Source of the DNA: a virus
Direction: 5' to 3' (one strand)
Virus record (IMG/VR): IMGVR_UViG_3300045988_017677
Length of the DNA stretch: 41,029 nt
The position numbers were made by a program, and so were the translations under genes. A model generated the notes under the pieces. That model was given only the letters and a program-made list of their open reading frames with translations. It did not search any database and was not told the origin of the DNA. Each line of letters begins with the position of its first letter. Position 1 is the stretch's first letter. Positions 1-9,139 of this stretch are shown piece by piece.

Positions 1-55
1 TACAGCTTGTCAGGGATTTTCATGGTTTGCTCCTTTCTGTGCCCGATTCGGGCAC
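1..55. repeat. Terminal direct repeat copy 1 (identical to 40975-41029)
   Basis: tacagcttgtcagggattttcatggtttgctcctttctgtgcccgattcgggcac occurs at both ends of the window, base for base. Confidence 0.97.
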
Positions 56-63
56 CACAAAAA

Positions 64-321
64 TTAATGATTGTTTTCTAAATCCGCGATGCGGTGGTTG
101 GCAACCTTGATCTGCTCCTCCAACACCGGGACACGCCGCGCAAAATTGTTGTGCTCCCGGACTTCCCGGGTCAGCTCATCCAGCTTAGTGTCGGTGACGG
201 CCTGATGCGTATCCAGCTTGGCCTGTACATACCGGGTAGTCTTGTTGCTTGTGATGATTACCCCCAGCAGCGACAAGCCGCTGGTAATCAGGGCCACAAT
301 GATAGTTTCCGTCATGTTCAT
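64..321 (-). CDS. Small membrane-anchored coiled-coil protein associated with the lysis cassette
   Basis: 85 aa from the ATG at 321, with SD AGGAAAGGA directly upstream. The longer track ORF to 396 has no SD. It has an N-terminal TM (IIVALITSGLSLLGVIITS) followed by a long helix. It lies between the tail fibre and the holin across the circular junction. Confidence 0.6.
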   Translation of the reverse strand: MNMTETIIVALITSGLSLLGVIITSNKTTRYVQAKLDTHQAVTDTKLDELTREVREHNNFARRVPVLEEQIKVANHRIADLENNH

Positions 322-420
322 TCCTTTCCTGCCGCCAGCAGCGCGGCAAACATAAACCCCAAGCACGATGATGCGGGGATAATCAATAACAGCCACAAAG
401 GATCCATACGGCGCACCTCC

Positions 421-2370
421 TCAGCTTGCAATCCATATTCCGGCGATGTAAATATAGTACCCGGCGGCTATAGCCTCTTTGGGGCGTATCTGTATGGTGC
501 CGGAGGTGGTCAGCCTCGCATCTAATGACTTTTGACAGTATACACTTAGGGCATAGGTGGACGTTGGGCGATGGTCGCTTATGTCGGCAATGTCGTATGT
601 CGTATCAGCCGTTAGCGAAACATTGGTCTCTCCCGATACCCTCAGGATGCCGAGGCCCATCATAGCGGAGTATTTTGCCATACCGCTAAAGCCCTTCAAG
701 TTTGATCCGGACGCGCCAATCGTCAGATTGGTAGGGCTAAGGCCCAGCAGCGTCAGGGTCCCCGCCACATCGTCATAACGAATCACGCTGCGGCTGTTTT
801 GGGCGTCGTAGACGCCCCAAGCTGCTGTGGATTCCCCGTTGCCGCCGTATACGCCCACATTGTGCGGATTTGCGGCTCCGTCCGTGGTCTGAAAATAGAT
901 GTCCTTTTCCGTGTCCGACTTTTTGTATCCACCCATATAGACAAATCGATCCGCATAGATTGACTTGTCAAAGTAGGCATCCAGCCCCACCTGGAATGCC
1001 TTGGTTTTATCGTCATCGCATAGTCGGCCAATCCCAACGGATGATTTTGATTTTGCTAAGTGCTGCAGCACAAAGGACGCCGAAATGTCCCGCATGCTGG
1101 AATTGCTGGTGCTAAAAGCATCCGTTGCCACCACGCGCACTGTGTAGCGCTTATTTGTATCGGCGGGGAAAATAATGGTGATGTTTTTAGGGGCATACTT
1201 ATCGGCATCCGGTATCGTTGGTGTTACTTCCGTCCATAATCCCGTGCCACCATATTCTCGGTACTGCACCTTGTAAGCCGCCGTGTTTTTGTTAGATAGC
1301 GGGGTAATGGCGGCGGTAAAGGTGACTTTACCGTACTCTCCCGTGCGGCTCGCTGTGCCATTTTGCGTGCAGCGGGTGGCCGAAATGGCCGAGATGGTGG
1401 GGACGCTGTATTTGGATACCGTATAGCTTAGCGATTTTGTAGCCGTGCGCCCACGGCTATCCGTTACAGCGCATGTGATATACACCGTGCCGTAGTAAGG
1501 CAAAAGCCCCGTTGTCCCGCTCGCCGCAGATGCGGTATACAGTGTGCCGGAGCCAGCCGACCAGCCCACCTTAATGCTATAGGATTTAATGGTGCTGCCC
1601 TGCGCACCCGTGCCAGTGATTGCAACTCTGATTTTACTGAGCAGCTGCAGGAAATACCCGGTATATTTTGTTTTGTTGCCCGTTGGGTCAGTTACGGACA
1701 CTGTCAGTGAAGGCACCTCGCTTGCCGGGATCGCCAGCGTCACCGCACACTCCGACCGCCCCACATAAGTGCTACCGTTATAAGTGTTGGTAATGATCGT
1801 TACGACCAACTGTGTGCTGTTGGGCGCGTTGGTGGCAAGGCTAACGGGAGGTGTCCAGTGATAAGTTCCCGCTGTGCCATCATATCCCGTGATCTGCACA
1901 GCGCTATTGCTTCCGATCTTGTAATAGAGTTTGTCAGTAAAGCTTGCGCTCTTGCGGTCAATTGTGATTTTAAGGGCCGTACCGAGTGTGCCCGTGCTGG
2001 GCGCTGATACAGCAGATGCGCGTGGGATGGTGTCCAGCGTCAGCGTCTTGGTCTGCGTGATTACGCCCGCGCTGATCTCCGTGTCCATCCACGTCCGCAC
2101 CTTAATGCTCCCAGTGCCATCAGCCTTGTGGCTGACGGTGAGGGTGGTATCCAAGATGGTCTTGGTGGTATTTTGCGGCAGCGTAAACGCTACTGTGTGC
2201 TCGGTCTCTGTGCCGCCATTAATGGTGATGTAGTAATACGCCTTATCACCGGGGGCGTTGTTATAGCTGGAGCCGGTCTGCTGTGATGTCCATTTTATGC
2301 GGACTTTGGAGGTGTTGTTGACTATGGATTGGCCAACTTGCTCCAAGGATAGATTTTGATATACACTCAT
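421..2370 (-). CDS. Tail fibre / receptor-binding protein (DUF859-like N-terminus)
   Basis: 649 aa and the last large gene of the tail module. The N-terminal ~120 aa (VRIKWTSQQTGSSYNN...TLDTIPRAS) resemble the siphovirus DUF859 family from memory. T/S/G-rich beta-type segments follow. Confidence 0.7.
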   Translation of the reverse strand: MSVYQNLSLEQVGQSIVNNTSKVRIKWTSQQTGSSYNNAPGDKAYYYITINGGTETEHTVAFTLPQNTTKTILDTTLTVSHKADGTGSIKVRTWMDTEISAGVITQTKTLTLDTIPRASAVSAPSTGTLGTALKITIDRKSASFTDKLYYKIGSNSAVQITGYDGTAGTYHWTPPVSLATNAPNSTQLVVTIITNTYNGSTYVGRSECAVTLAIPASEVPSLTVSVTDPTGNKTKYTGYFLQLLSKIRVAITGTGAQGSTIKSYSIKVGWSAGSGTLYTASAASGTTGLLPYYGTVYITCAVTDSRGRTATKSLSYTVSKYSVPTISAISATRCTQNGTASRTGEYGKVTFTAAITPLSNKNTAAYKVQYREYGGTGLWTEVTPTIPDADKYAPKNITIIFPADTNKRYTVRVVATDAFSTSNSSMRDISASFVLQHLAKSKSSVGIGRLCDDDKTKAFQVGLDAYFDKSIYADRFVYMGGYKKSDTEKDIYFQTTDGAANPHNVGVYGGNGESTAAWGVYDAQNSRSVIRYDDVAGTLTLLGLSPTNLTIGASGSNLKGFSGMAKYSAMMGLGILRVSGETNVSLTADTTYDIADISDHRPTSTYALSVYCQKSLDARLTTSGTIQIRPKEAIAAGYYIYIAGIWIAS

Positions 2371-2384
2371 GGGGCGTTCCCTCC

Positions 2385-4046
2385 TTAACTGACGATCACA
2401 TCGTCATTATCGTCCGCCTGCATAATCACGTTCCCTATGGATATGGACGATAATACTTTGAGACGCTTGGCTTCCACGCCTTCCGCCGTGATTTGCAGTT
2501 CTGGTGTATTGTTGCGCACAAACTGCAAAATGTCGTTATCCAACCGTAGCAATACTTCATTCCCGCTCTCGCCGATGATAAGCCCCACGTCCGTAAATCT
2601 AAAAGCCTTTGTAATAGATTCATACTTTGCTTGCAAATCGCCGTCTACGTCATCAATCCGCTCGGTGACTTTGGTGATATCAATACCAAGCTGATCAGTC
2701 AGCACGGAGAGCCTTGTGCTGACCTCCTCCTTGTAGCTGCCAAAATCCCCGGTTTCCACATAGTTTTCCAGCGCCGATAGGATGATAGACTTGACATTCT
2801 GCTGCAGGTCGGTGATCTGCTGGGTGGTGGTTTGGGTTACCTGACCTGCAGAATCGTCCACCCGCTCGATTAACTCCGCGCGCGTGTTTTCAATGCGCTC
2901 GTTTGTTTTTCGATCCGCATCAATTTGCGATCCGGTATATGTGCGGCTGGTCCCGCCCAACGTGATTTGTGTGTTGCCTGGGTCAAGGATGTCCGGGGCC
3001 AACTCCATCAGCGGGTAGGACGCGCTGTAGCCGTGTGGCGTACTGACCAGGGCGGTCATTCTGCCCACCCGGAAATGCTGGACGCCCTCTTGCCAGCCCA
3101 AATCCACCGCCTTGCAGGTGATGGTCTCCGGCATGGACAGGCCATTGTCAGCCAGGGACGCCTTTGCTTTCGCCCGCAGGTTGGTGTCAACGGTCACATC
3201 GTCCCACTTGATATGCCGGGTAATGCGCCCATATGTGGCCACGCCAGACTTGCTGTAGATGATTTTCCCGGATTTCACCAGGTCATCCGTCAAGTCACCG
3301 TCCGGCAGATTCCCGATGGTCAGGCCGTCCTTGCCCTCCGGGAGAATAGCAGTGTAAATGTCCGCACCGTCCGTCTCGCTGGACAGGTCGAGAAGATTTT
3401 CGGCGAATTTCACCGTCTGCGTGTTTGTCAGCGGCAGCGCGGCGTAATAGTCCAAATAATTGCCGTCATTCTCGTATCGAATCAGCAGATTCCCGCCCAG
3501 GGAAGATTTGAACAGCTTATCGGAAATAGTGGTCATCGCCGTGGCGTACTCCTCAGAGCCACGGGTGATGTAATTGTTCGGGTCGGACACGGTGACCACG
3601 CCGGGCTTGATCTGCTGCTCCGTGGACACTTGGCTGTTATGCTGCGCCAAAATCCAGCGGAAAAAGAAATCAACCACATTCCCGCTTGCGGCGGCGGCCT
3701 TATAGGAAGCGTCCTCCGCAAAGTCCTCCGGGAAGTTAAACGGCGGTATGATGCTGTCATTCAGCGCCGCCATAATGCCCTCTGTTTCGATTTTGTGCGC
3801 CCCGTAGAAGTCTTTTATATCGCTGGTTATTCTTCCCCTATATATAGGGAAAGTGCCGTCCAGCAGTTCCACAAGGCCGCTCATGCGGCGCAGATTGCTT
3901 AAATAGGGATGTTCTGCGTCCACCGTAAAGGACATTTCCCCGGCCTTGCTGACCGCCAGCTTAACAGAGGGGTCACGGACGATTAGTTTTTCGTCCGCAA
4001 GGCGCGGGTCATACAGGATATAGTTTTTGTATTTGAGTTGATACAT
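2385..4046 (-). CDS. Tail-associated lysin / baseplate hub (Tal, prophage tail endopeptidase family)
   Basis: 553 aa from the ATG at 4046, with a TAATG overlap onto the Dit stop. The track start at 4190 adds an R/H-rich extension overlapping Dit. The N-terminus MYQLKYKNYILYDPR and the position after Dit are typical of Tal. Confidence 0.8.
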   Translation of the reverse strand: MYQLKYKNYILYDPRLADEKLIVRDPSVKLAVSKAGEMSFTVDAEHPYLSNLRRMSGLVELLDGTFPIYRGRITSDIKDFYGAHKIETEGIMAALNDSIIPPFNFPEDFAEDASYKAAAASGNVVDFFFRWILAQHNSQVSTEQQIKPGVVTVSDPNNYITRGSEEYATAMTTISDKLFKSSLGGNLLIRYENDGNYLDYYAALPLTNTQTVKFAENLLDLSSETDGADIYTAILPEGKDGLTIGNLPDGDLTDDLVKSGKIIYSKSGVATYGRITRHIKWDDVTVDTNLRAKAKASLADNGLSMPETITCKAVDLGWQEGVQHFRVGRMTALVSTPHGYSASYPLMELAPDILDPGNTQITLGGTSRTYTGSQIDADRKTNERIENTRAELIERVDDSAGQVTQTTTQQITDLQQNVKSIILSALENYVETGDFGSYKEEVSTRLSVLTDQLGIDITKVTERIDDVDGDLQAKYESITKAFRFTDVGLIIGESGNEVLLRLDNDILQFVRNNTPELQITAEGVEAKRLKVLSSISIGNVIMQADDNDDVIVS

Positions 4047-4711
4047 TACAGGCTCGCCTCCTGGTATGTCACAGTGATGCTGCCTGTGCCGCTTGCGACT
4101 TTTGCTTTCAGGGTGTTGCTTCCAGCCACAAGACGGATAGCGGGCAGAATATGATCTCCCGCGCTGATGTTGATTGTGCTGCTGCCCCAAAGCAAGGTGG
4201 TGTCCTGGGCCACCGTGATAGTAGGGATGACAGGCCGGCGCTCGTTGGGTAGGGATAGCTGTTTGTAGGCCGTGCCAAGGTCAGAGCGGGAAACCGTGGT
4301 TTTTGCGTTCTTGTATTTCCACGGGTCGCAGTCAACCGTGACCGGGATAGTCTGCATCATTTTGACAAGCTCCACCTGCCCAACGGAGCACCGCCCACTG
4401 TAAAAATGGGCGGTGTCCTCGGGGAATGTTATTTTAACGCGCTTGCCGTGGACTTTGTTGCAGAAATCGGAAATCGTAGCAGGCCATGTCTTGCCGCTCA
4501 CCGTGTCCACGCCGGTGAGCTTCAGTGTAATAGTGCGGTTCTTATAGGTGACTTCTCCGGTCAGCACTTCAGACGCATCCAGCAGACCGTCCCGGCCCGG
4601 AACATCGATCATGTTCGTGCGGACCTCCGGAAGGGAAATGGACTTGCTTGCAAGCAGCAGACCATATTCTGCGTAGGTATCTTTCCCGTCAAAAAATACT
4701 TTTCCAATCAT
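4046..4711 (-). CDS. Distal tail protein (Dit, Sipho_tail family)
   Basis: 221 aa. The motif FDGKDTYAEYGLLL...IDVPGRDGLLD and its position directly after the tape measure gene support the call. Confidence 0.85.
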   Translation of the reverse strand: MIGKVFFDGKDTYAEYGLLLASKSISLPEVRTNMIDVPGRDGLLDASEVLTGEVTYKNRTITLKLTGVDTVSGKTWPATISDFCNKVHGKRVKITFPEDTAHFYSGRCSVGQVELVKMMQTIPVTVDCDPWKYKNAKTTVSRSDLGTAYKQLSLPNERRPVIPTITVAQDTTLLWGSSTINISAGDHILPAIRLVAGSNTLKAKVASGTGSITVTYQEASL

Positions 4712-7029
4712 ACGGCCCTTGCCCTCCTCGCGTTGATTTTGGCCAGTTCTTCATCCATGCCTGGGGCAAGCAAACCGACAACCTGGCCACTGTCCATGAT
4801 GACTTTCATATTTGCCAACATAGGCAAATACTGTTCCAGCAGCATTACAATTCTGCCAGAATCGCTGCCACCGCTTGTGCTTTCTGCTCCGTAAGAGCCA
4901 CTTGTATAGTTTCTGCTGATGTTTGCATCTGCCGTAATGGTGCCAGCGTCAAAGCTCATGTTGCCTTCGATGTCCTTTTTCACCGATGAAAATTCATCGC
5001 TAAACCCTTCGCCCAAGCCTTCAGCCATAAAGCCGCCGATGCCGGCAAAGACCTTGGAAGGGGATGCAATACCAAGAATTTTCTTGACGCCGCCTACAAG
5101 CGCATCCACTTTATCGTTAAACCAGTTCTTGATGTTGTCCCACATTCCGGCGATGCCGTCTTTCAAACCCTGAACGATGTTTCTACCGATGCCGCCCCAG
5201 TCATAATTTCGGATCGTGTCAGCAATGGCCGCGATAATGCGCGGGACAGATGCAATCAGTTCCGGGATTGCTCCGACAATGCCGGTAATCAGCGATACAA
5301 TGATTTGCGGCGCCGCAAGAATGATTTTGTCAAGGTTGTTTACAATGCCGTTGATGAACGCAATAATCAGCGTAGGGATTGCCGCCACCAATTCCGGTAT
5401 GCACTGGATAATTCCGTCTATCAGCGCAAACAGGAGATCGATTCCCATTTGGATAATGTTCGGCAACTCTACAATGATTGCTGCAAGCAAGTTGCCAATA
5501 ATCAGAGGTACTGCCGCAATAAGCTGCGGGATCGCGTCAATCATCCCGTTTGCCAGCGTCATAATCAGCAGGATTGCCGTCTCGACAATTTGTGTTAAAA
5601 ATTCAGGGTCTGTTATCTGCTGTATAACTGTCAGGGTTACTTGGATTAGAGCATCAATCAATGCCGGGAGATTGTCAATCAGCCCATTTGCAAGTTGCAG
5701 CACGATTTCAATAGAGGCAGCATTCAACGCCGGAAGATTTTGGATAATTGCATTTACAAGCGCCATAACAACATCTGCGCCTACCTGCACGATTTTAGGC
5801 AAGTACTCAAGGATTTTATTAAGTCCATCGCCCACAACGTTGCTCATTTCGTCCATCAATCCAGAAAGACCGCCGGTGCTAAATGCATCCGTCAGTTGAG
5901 ATACATACCCCGTAAGCGTCTCGATGGCCTTTTGCGCTGGGCCGGAAAAAGTCTCATAAAGAGTGATGCCAAATCCTTCTGTGGCAGATTTTAGGATAGT
6001 AATTGCGCCGTTCAGGTTGTTAGTCATCGTGTCCGCCATGCTTTGCGCAGTACCGTCCGCATTGGCGATGGCGGATGTTAATTTCTCAAAATCGGAATCG
6101 GACGCATTGACGATGGCCAGCATGCCGGACATTGCTTCCTGACCGGCAATGGCCGCTGCCACGTTAGCTTTCTCTGCTTCGCTCAATCCGGCCATTTTAT
6201 CGCGCAGGATCTGCATGGTTTCGCTAAATGGCTTCATGGTTCCATCAGCGTTTTGGATAGCATCCGCTGCATCCATGCCCAAGGAAGCAAACGCCTCTTG
6301 GACTTCCTTGGTCGGTTTGGCCAGCCTGGTAAGCATTGCGCGCATTGATGTGCCAGCTTGTTCCGCCTTGATTCCGCTGTTGGCCATCAAACCAAGGGCA
6401 ACAGATACGTCCTCAATGCTATACCCCAAAGCGCCGGCAACAGGAGCAACGTATTTGAAGGAGCCGCCCAGCATGGATACGTTCGTATTTGCGCTATTTG
6501 ACGCAGCGGCGAGCACATCAGCAAAATGCGCAGAATCAGAGGCCTGCAGTCCGAATGCCGTCAGTGCATCCGTTACAATGTCCGACGTTAACGCAAGATC
6601 TTCGCCAGACGCGGCAGCAAGATTCATAATTCCATCAATACCGTTTAGCATTTCCTCGGTTTTCCATCCTGCCATAGCCATGTAGGTAAAGGCATCAGCC
6701 GATTCGGATGCGGAGAACTTGGTTTTTGCACCCATTTCCTTTGCTTTATCTCGCAGAGCGTCTAAACTTTCGCCGGTTGCCCCAGAAATTGCCGCGACAT
6801 TGGCCATAGACGAATCAAAATTACTACCGACATCAATGGCATATTTCCCGACCGCTGTAGCTGCTACGGATGCGGCTGCTATTGCTTTGGCTCCAAATTC
6901 AGCAACTTTTTTCGCAGCATTTGTAAACTTTCCGCCAAGCCGATTTGCGTTTTCGCCGATTTCCTCGATTTGGTTGTTTACATCGCCAGAATCTACGGAA
7001 ATTTTTACAAACAAATCAAGTAGATTCAT
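4708..7029 (-). CDS. Tail tape measure protein
   Basis: 773 aa. The TP901-type core (AISGATGESLDALRDKAKEMGAKTKFSASESADAFTYMAMAGWK) is followed by a long hydrophobic/helical repeat region. SD GAGGTG is present. Confidence 0.95.
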   Translation of the reverse strand: MNLLDLFVKISVDSGDVNNQIEEIGENANRLGGKFTNAAKKVAEFGAKAIAAASVAATAVGKYAIDVGSNFDSSMANVAAISGATGESLDALRDKAKEMGAKTKFSASESADAFTYMAMAGWKTEEMLNGIDGIMNLAAASGEDLALTSDIVTDALTAFGLQASDSAHFADVLAAASNSANTNVSMLGGSFKYVAPVAGALGYSIEDVSVALGLMANSGIKAEQAGTSMRAMLTRLAKPTKEVQEAFASLGMDAADAIQNADGTMKPFSETMQILRDKMAGLSEAEKANVAAAIAGQEAMSGMLAIVNASDSDFEKLTSAIANADGTAQSMADTMTNNLNGAITILKSATEGFGITLYETFSGPAQKAIETLTGYVSQLTDAFSTGGLSGLMDEMSNVVGDGLNKILEYLPKIVQVGADVVMALVNAIIQNLPALNAASIEIVLQLANGLIDNLPALIDALIQVTLTVIQQITDPEFLTQIVETAILLIMTLANGMIDAIPQLIAAVPLIIGNLLAAIIVELPNIIQMGIDLLFALIDGIIQCIPELVAAIPTLIIAFINGIVNNLDKIILAAPQIIVSLITGIVGAIPELIASVPRIIAAIADTIRNYDWGGIGRNIVQGLKDGIAGMWDNIKNWFNDKVDALVGGVKKILGIASPSKVFAGIGGFMAEGLGEGFSDEFSSVKKDIEGNMSFDAGTITADANISRNYTSGSYGAESTSGGSDSGRIVMLLEQYLPMLANMKVIMDSGQVVGLLAPGMDEELAKINARRARAV

Positions 7030-7069
7030 GTGTTCACCTCGCTCTCTTTGTAAATTCTGAAAATTATTC

Positions 7070-7098
7070 GTGACATTCCATTGATAGCATGGTATGAT
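7070..7098 (+). promoter_or_regulatory. Sigma70-type promoter of the bPH moron
   Basis: GTGACA (7070-7075), a 17-nt spacer, then TATGAT (7093-7098) preceded by an extended-10 TG (7090-7091). Confidence 0.6.
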
Positions 7099-7119
7099 AT
7101 CGGCAAGGAGGGATTATTT

Positions 7120-7503
7120 ATGATAAGTTTTAACAAAGATTCTGCTTGGGACTTAAAGCCGATTCCCGTTTCCGATGTGCGTGGTGAAGTGAATGGCTTG
7201 TTGATTGACGGGGAAGAAATCGCTGCCGCATTTAAGACCGTACGCGACCAGCTGATTTTTACTAACAAGCGAGTCATATCGGTTGATGTACAGGGGATTA
7301 CAGGAAAGCGCAAGTCCTTCAGCTCTATGCCCTATTCGAAAGTGCAGTTTTTCTCCGTGCAAACCCCAGGCTTTGCCGAAATCATCCCGGATAGCGAACT
7401 TGTTCTGACATTCTCCAATGGTTATGTCGCAAAGTTTGAGTTTAAGGGAGGCACAGACATCGGGAAAATCGGAAGAATGATTTCTGATTATGTCCTCAAG
7501 TAA
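7120..7503 (+). CDS. Bacterial PH-domain protein (bPH_1 / DUF1696, YvbH-like)
   Basis: 127 aa from the ATG at 7120 with SD AAGGAGGG. Motif VRDQLIFTNKRVISVDVQGITGKRKSFSSMPYSKVQFFSVQT matches the bPH_1 signature as I remember it. The gene is on the opposite strand to the surrounding tail genes. Confidence 0.75.
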   Translation: MISFNKDSAWDLKPIPVSDVRGEVNGLLIDGEEIAAAFKTVRDQLIFTNKRVISVDVQGITGKRKSFSSMPYSKVQFFSVQTPGFAEIIPDSELVLTFSNGYVAKFEFKGGTDIGKIGRMISDYVLK

Positions 7504-7516
7504 CGCATATTCGCCC

Positions 7517-7543
7517 GCCGCCCCTTTACGGGGCGGCTTTTTT
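7517..7543 (+). terminator. Rho-independent terminator of the bPH gene (plus-strand only)
   Basis: Stem gccgcccc (7517-7524) pairs with ggggcggc (7530-7537) and is followed by tttttt. On the minus strand no U-tract follows the stem. Confidence 0.8.
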
Positions 7544-7870
7544 AACTTGTAACCCGCAACGATTGACAATATCGCTGGTGATTTCTTCACATGAGCGATT
7601 GTCTTTTTTGCTCACATCTATAATTTCAATGTATCGCTTATCGATTGAAACGCCCGCGCATCGCTCGCATATTGCTTTAAGCAGGTCAGCAGAATAAATT
7701 CGATATGCTTTTTCTTCTGCATCCTGCTTGTACCGCGCTACACAGTATGACAGAAATGGCTTTACTCTTTGGCTTCCACGATATTCTCCTGCACAGAGCC
7801 GGACGGCGTTTCTGCCGTCTCGGTCTGCGCAGATGTAAAAAGGTCCGCAAAGGCATCGTCCGTCATAAGC
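7526..7870 (-). CDS. -1 frame extension of the tail assembly chaperone (gpT-like part of a G/GT frameshift product)
   Basis: The -1 frame relative to 7762-8166 is open for 114 codons, from the TGA at 7871-7873 to the TAA at 7526-7528. It has no ATG, so it is absent from the ORF track. The translation looks protein-like (YKQDAEEKAYRIYSADLLKAICERCAGVSIDKRYIEIIDV...). A T-run CCTTTTTAC at 7834-7842 is a candidate slip site. Confidence 0.65.
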   Translation of the reverse strand, partial: AYDGRCLCGPFYICADRDGRNAVRLCAGEYRGSQRVKPFLSYCVARYKQDAEEKAYRIYSADLLKAICERCAGVSIDKRYIEIIDVSKKDNRSCEEITSDIVNRCGLQVKKAAP

Positions 7871-8166
7871 TCAGTAACATCAACCAGCAACTTGGCAAGC
7901 GTCAGCCCAGCGGCATATTTTTTTGCAGGCACGCCTTCCACAGCCGCCAAAATTGCGATCAGATCTTTCTTGTGTCCACGCAAAAGCAACGGAGCAGATT
8001 TCTTAACCCTTGCCAATACAAAGTCCTTTGCATTTACGCCATCCGGGAGCTTCTGACGCTGAAACAACGCTGCGGCTTCTTTGTCCTCGGCTATGTTGGC
8101 AATAGGATCGATAATGTCTGCGATAACATCAAACACTCGCTCCCCTTTAATTTTTGACAGTTTCAT
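7762..8166 (-). CDS. Tail assembly chaperone (gpG-like)
   Basis: 134 aa from the ATG at 8166 (MKLSKIKGERVFDV...). It has an acidic C-terminus, sits between the major tail protein and the tape measure, and has an overlapping -1 ORF. Confidence 0.8.
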   Translation of the reverse strand: MKLSKIKGERVFDVIADIIDPIANIAEDKEAAALFQRQKLPDGVNAKDFVLARVKKSAPLLLRGHKKDLIAILAAVEGVPAKKYAAGLTLAKLLVDVTELMTDDAFADLFTSAQTETAETPSGSVQENIVEAKE

Positions 8167-8170
8167 GGTG

Positions 8171-8755
8171 TTACTCCTCCGCCGTACCGGCCTTGATGTA
8201 GATCTCAAATGGCACAGTGTCCTGTGCGCTCATGGAGTAGTGGGCCGTATACTCAAACGCGAACTGCCCCTTCGCCTTGTCGCTGGTCTTCAGCTGGAAG
8301 CCGCCGGTGGACAGTGCGTTCATCAGGTGGATGGCGATGAAGCCGCCATTTTTATCGCCGTTCTTGTCGGAGTAGTCGCCCACCAGCCAGATGTCGGCAA
8401 AGTCAGCGTCCGACAGATCGTTCCGAGGCGTGACCTTCCCATCGCTGGTACCCACATCGGCAGCACCGCAAAGGCTCTTTGCAATCTTGGTGTCTGCGTT
8501 AATGAACGTACCCGCAATCTTCGCCTCCCAGGAATCCACCCGTTTCAGTTCCTTCATGTTCTTGGGGCAGTTGTCGATGTCCTCTCCATAGTCCTTATAG
8601 GTGGGCGTTGCGGTAAAGCTAATGCCGCCGGTCGTCGCGCCAATCTGCCCCGATTCCCCGATGGTGCCGGTGGCCGGGGTAAAATCGGTAGTCAGAATAC
8701 CGGCGTTTATCTGGAGCTTCTGAAATGCATCAGAGGGAATTTTTGTGAATTTCAT
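8171..8755 (-). CDS. Major tail protein
   Basis: 194 aa (MKFTKIPSDAFQKLQINAGILTTDF...). Its position upstream of the chaperones supports the call. Confidence 0.85.
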   Translation of the reverse strand: MKFTKIPSDAFQKLQINAGILTTDFTPATGTIGESGQIGATTGGISFTATPTYKDYGEDIDNCPKNMKELKRVDSWEAKIAGTFINADTKIAKSLCGAADVGTSDGKVTPRNDLSDADFADIWLVGDYSDKNGDKNGGFIAIHLMNALSTGGFQLKTSDKAKGQFAFEYTAHYSMSAQDTVPFEIYIKAGTAEE

Positions 8756-8770
8756 ATTTTCTTCCTTTCA

Positions 8771-9139
8771 TCAGTTTTGCGATAGGTATTCCACCGTGAT
8801 GTTGAGATACCTTCGCTTGATGTTTTTATCGCTTTCGTCCGCGATGTTCTGACACCACGGGGAGCCACGCTTGATCCACATTGCTCCGCCGTCATAGGCG
8901 ACCATACAGCCGCCCATGCCGATTGCGTCGCTGATTTCTTGTGCCTTTGCGTTGGGCAACGCTTCGCTCTCGGTGTAATACCAGAGGTTGACCGTCAGCG
9001 CGGTCTCGCCGCTCTCCCATGATCCGGTGATAAGCTCATAGGTCAGCCACGGGAAAACCGCGTCCTCCGGCACGTTGGAAGTCGGATACGCTGGGAGGAA
9101 TTGAGAAAGCCACGCATGGAGCGCCTTGTCCTTTGTCAT
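8771..9139 (-). CDS. Tail terminator / tail completion protein
   Basis: 122 aa, immediately upstream of the major tail protein and coupled to the preceding gene. The assignment is mainly positional. Confidence 0.6.
   Translation of the reverse strand: MTKDKALHAWLSQFLPAYPTSNVPEDAVFPWLTYELITGSWESGETALTVNLWYYTESEALPNAKAQEISDAIGMGGCMVAYDGGAMWIKRGSPWCQNIADESDKNIKRRYLNITVEYLSQN

Noticed and set aside
64-396. The long form (110 aa) of the lysis-associated membrane protein.
   Set aside because: The upstream 25 codons have no SD and encode an odd hydrophobic/R-rich leader. A strong SD precedes the internal ATG at 321.
7153-7590. A 145-aa minus-strand ORF between the chaperone and tape measure genes, considered as a possible gpT.
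   Set aside because: It is antisense to the well-supported bPH gene, is in the wrong frame to be reached by a -1 shift, and has no SD. The true -1 extension is the ATG-less ORF at 7526-7870.
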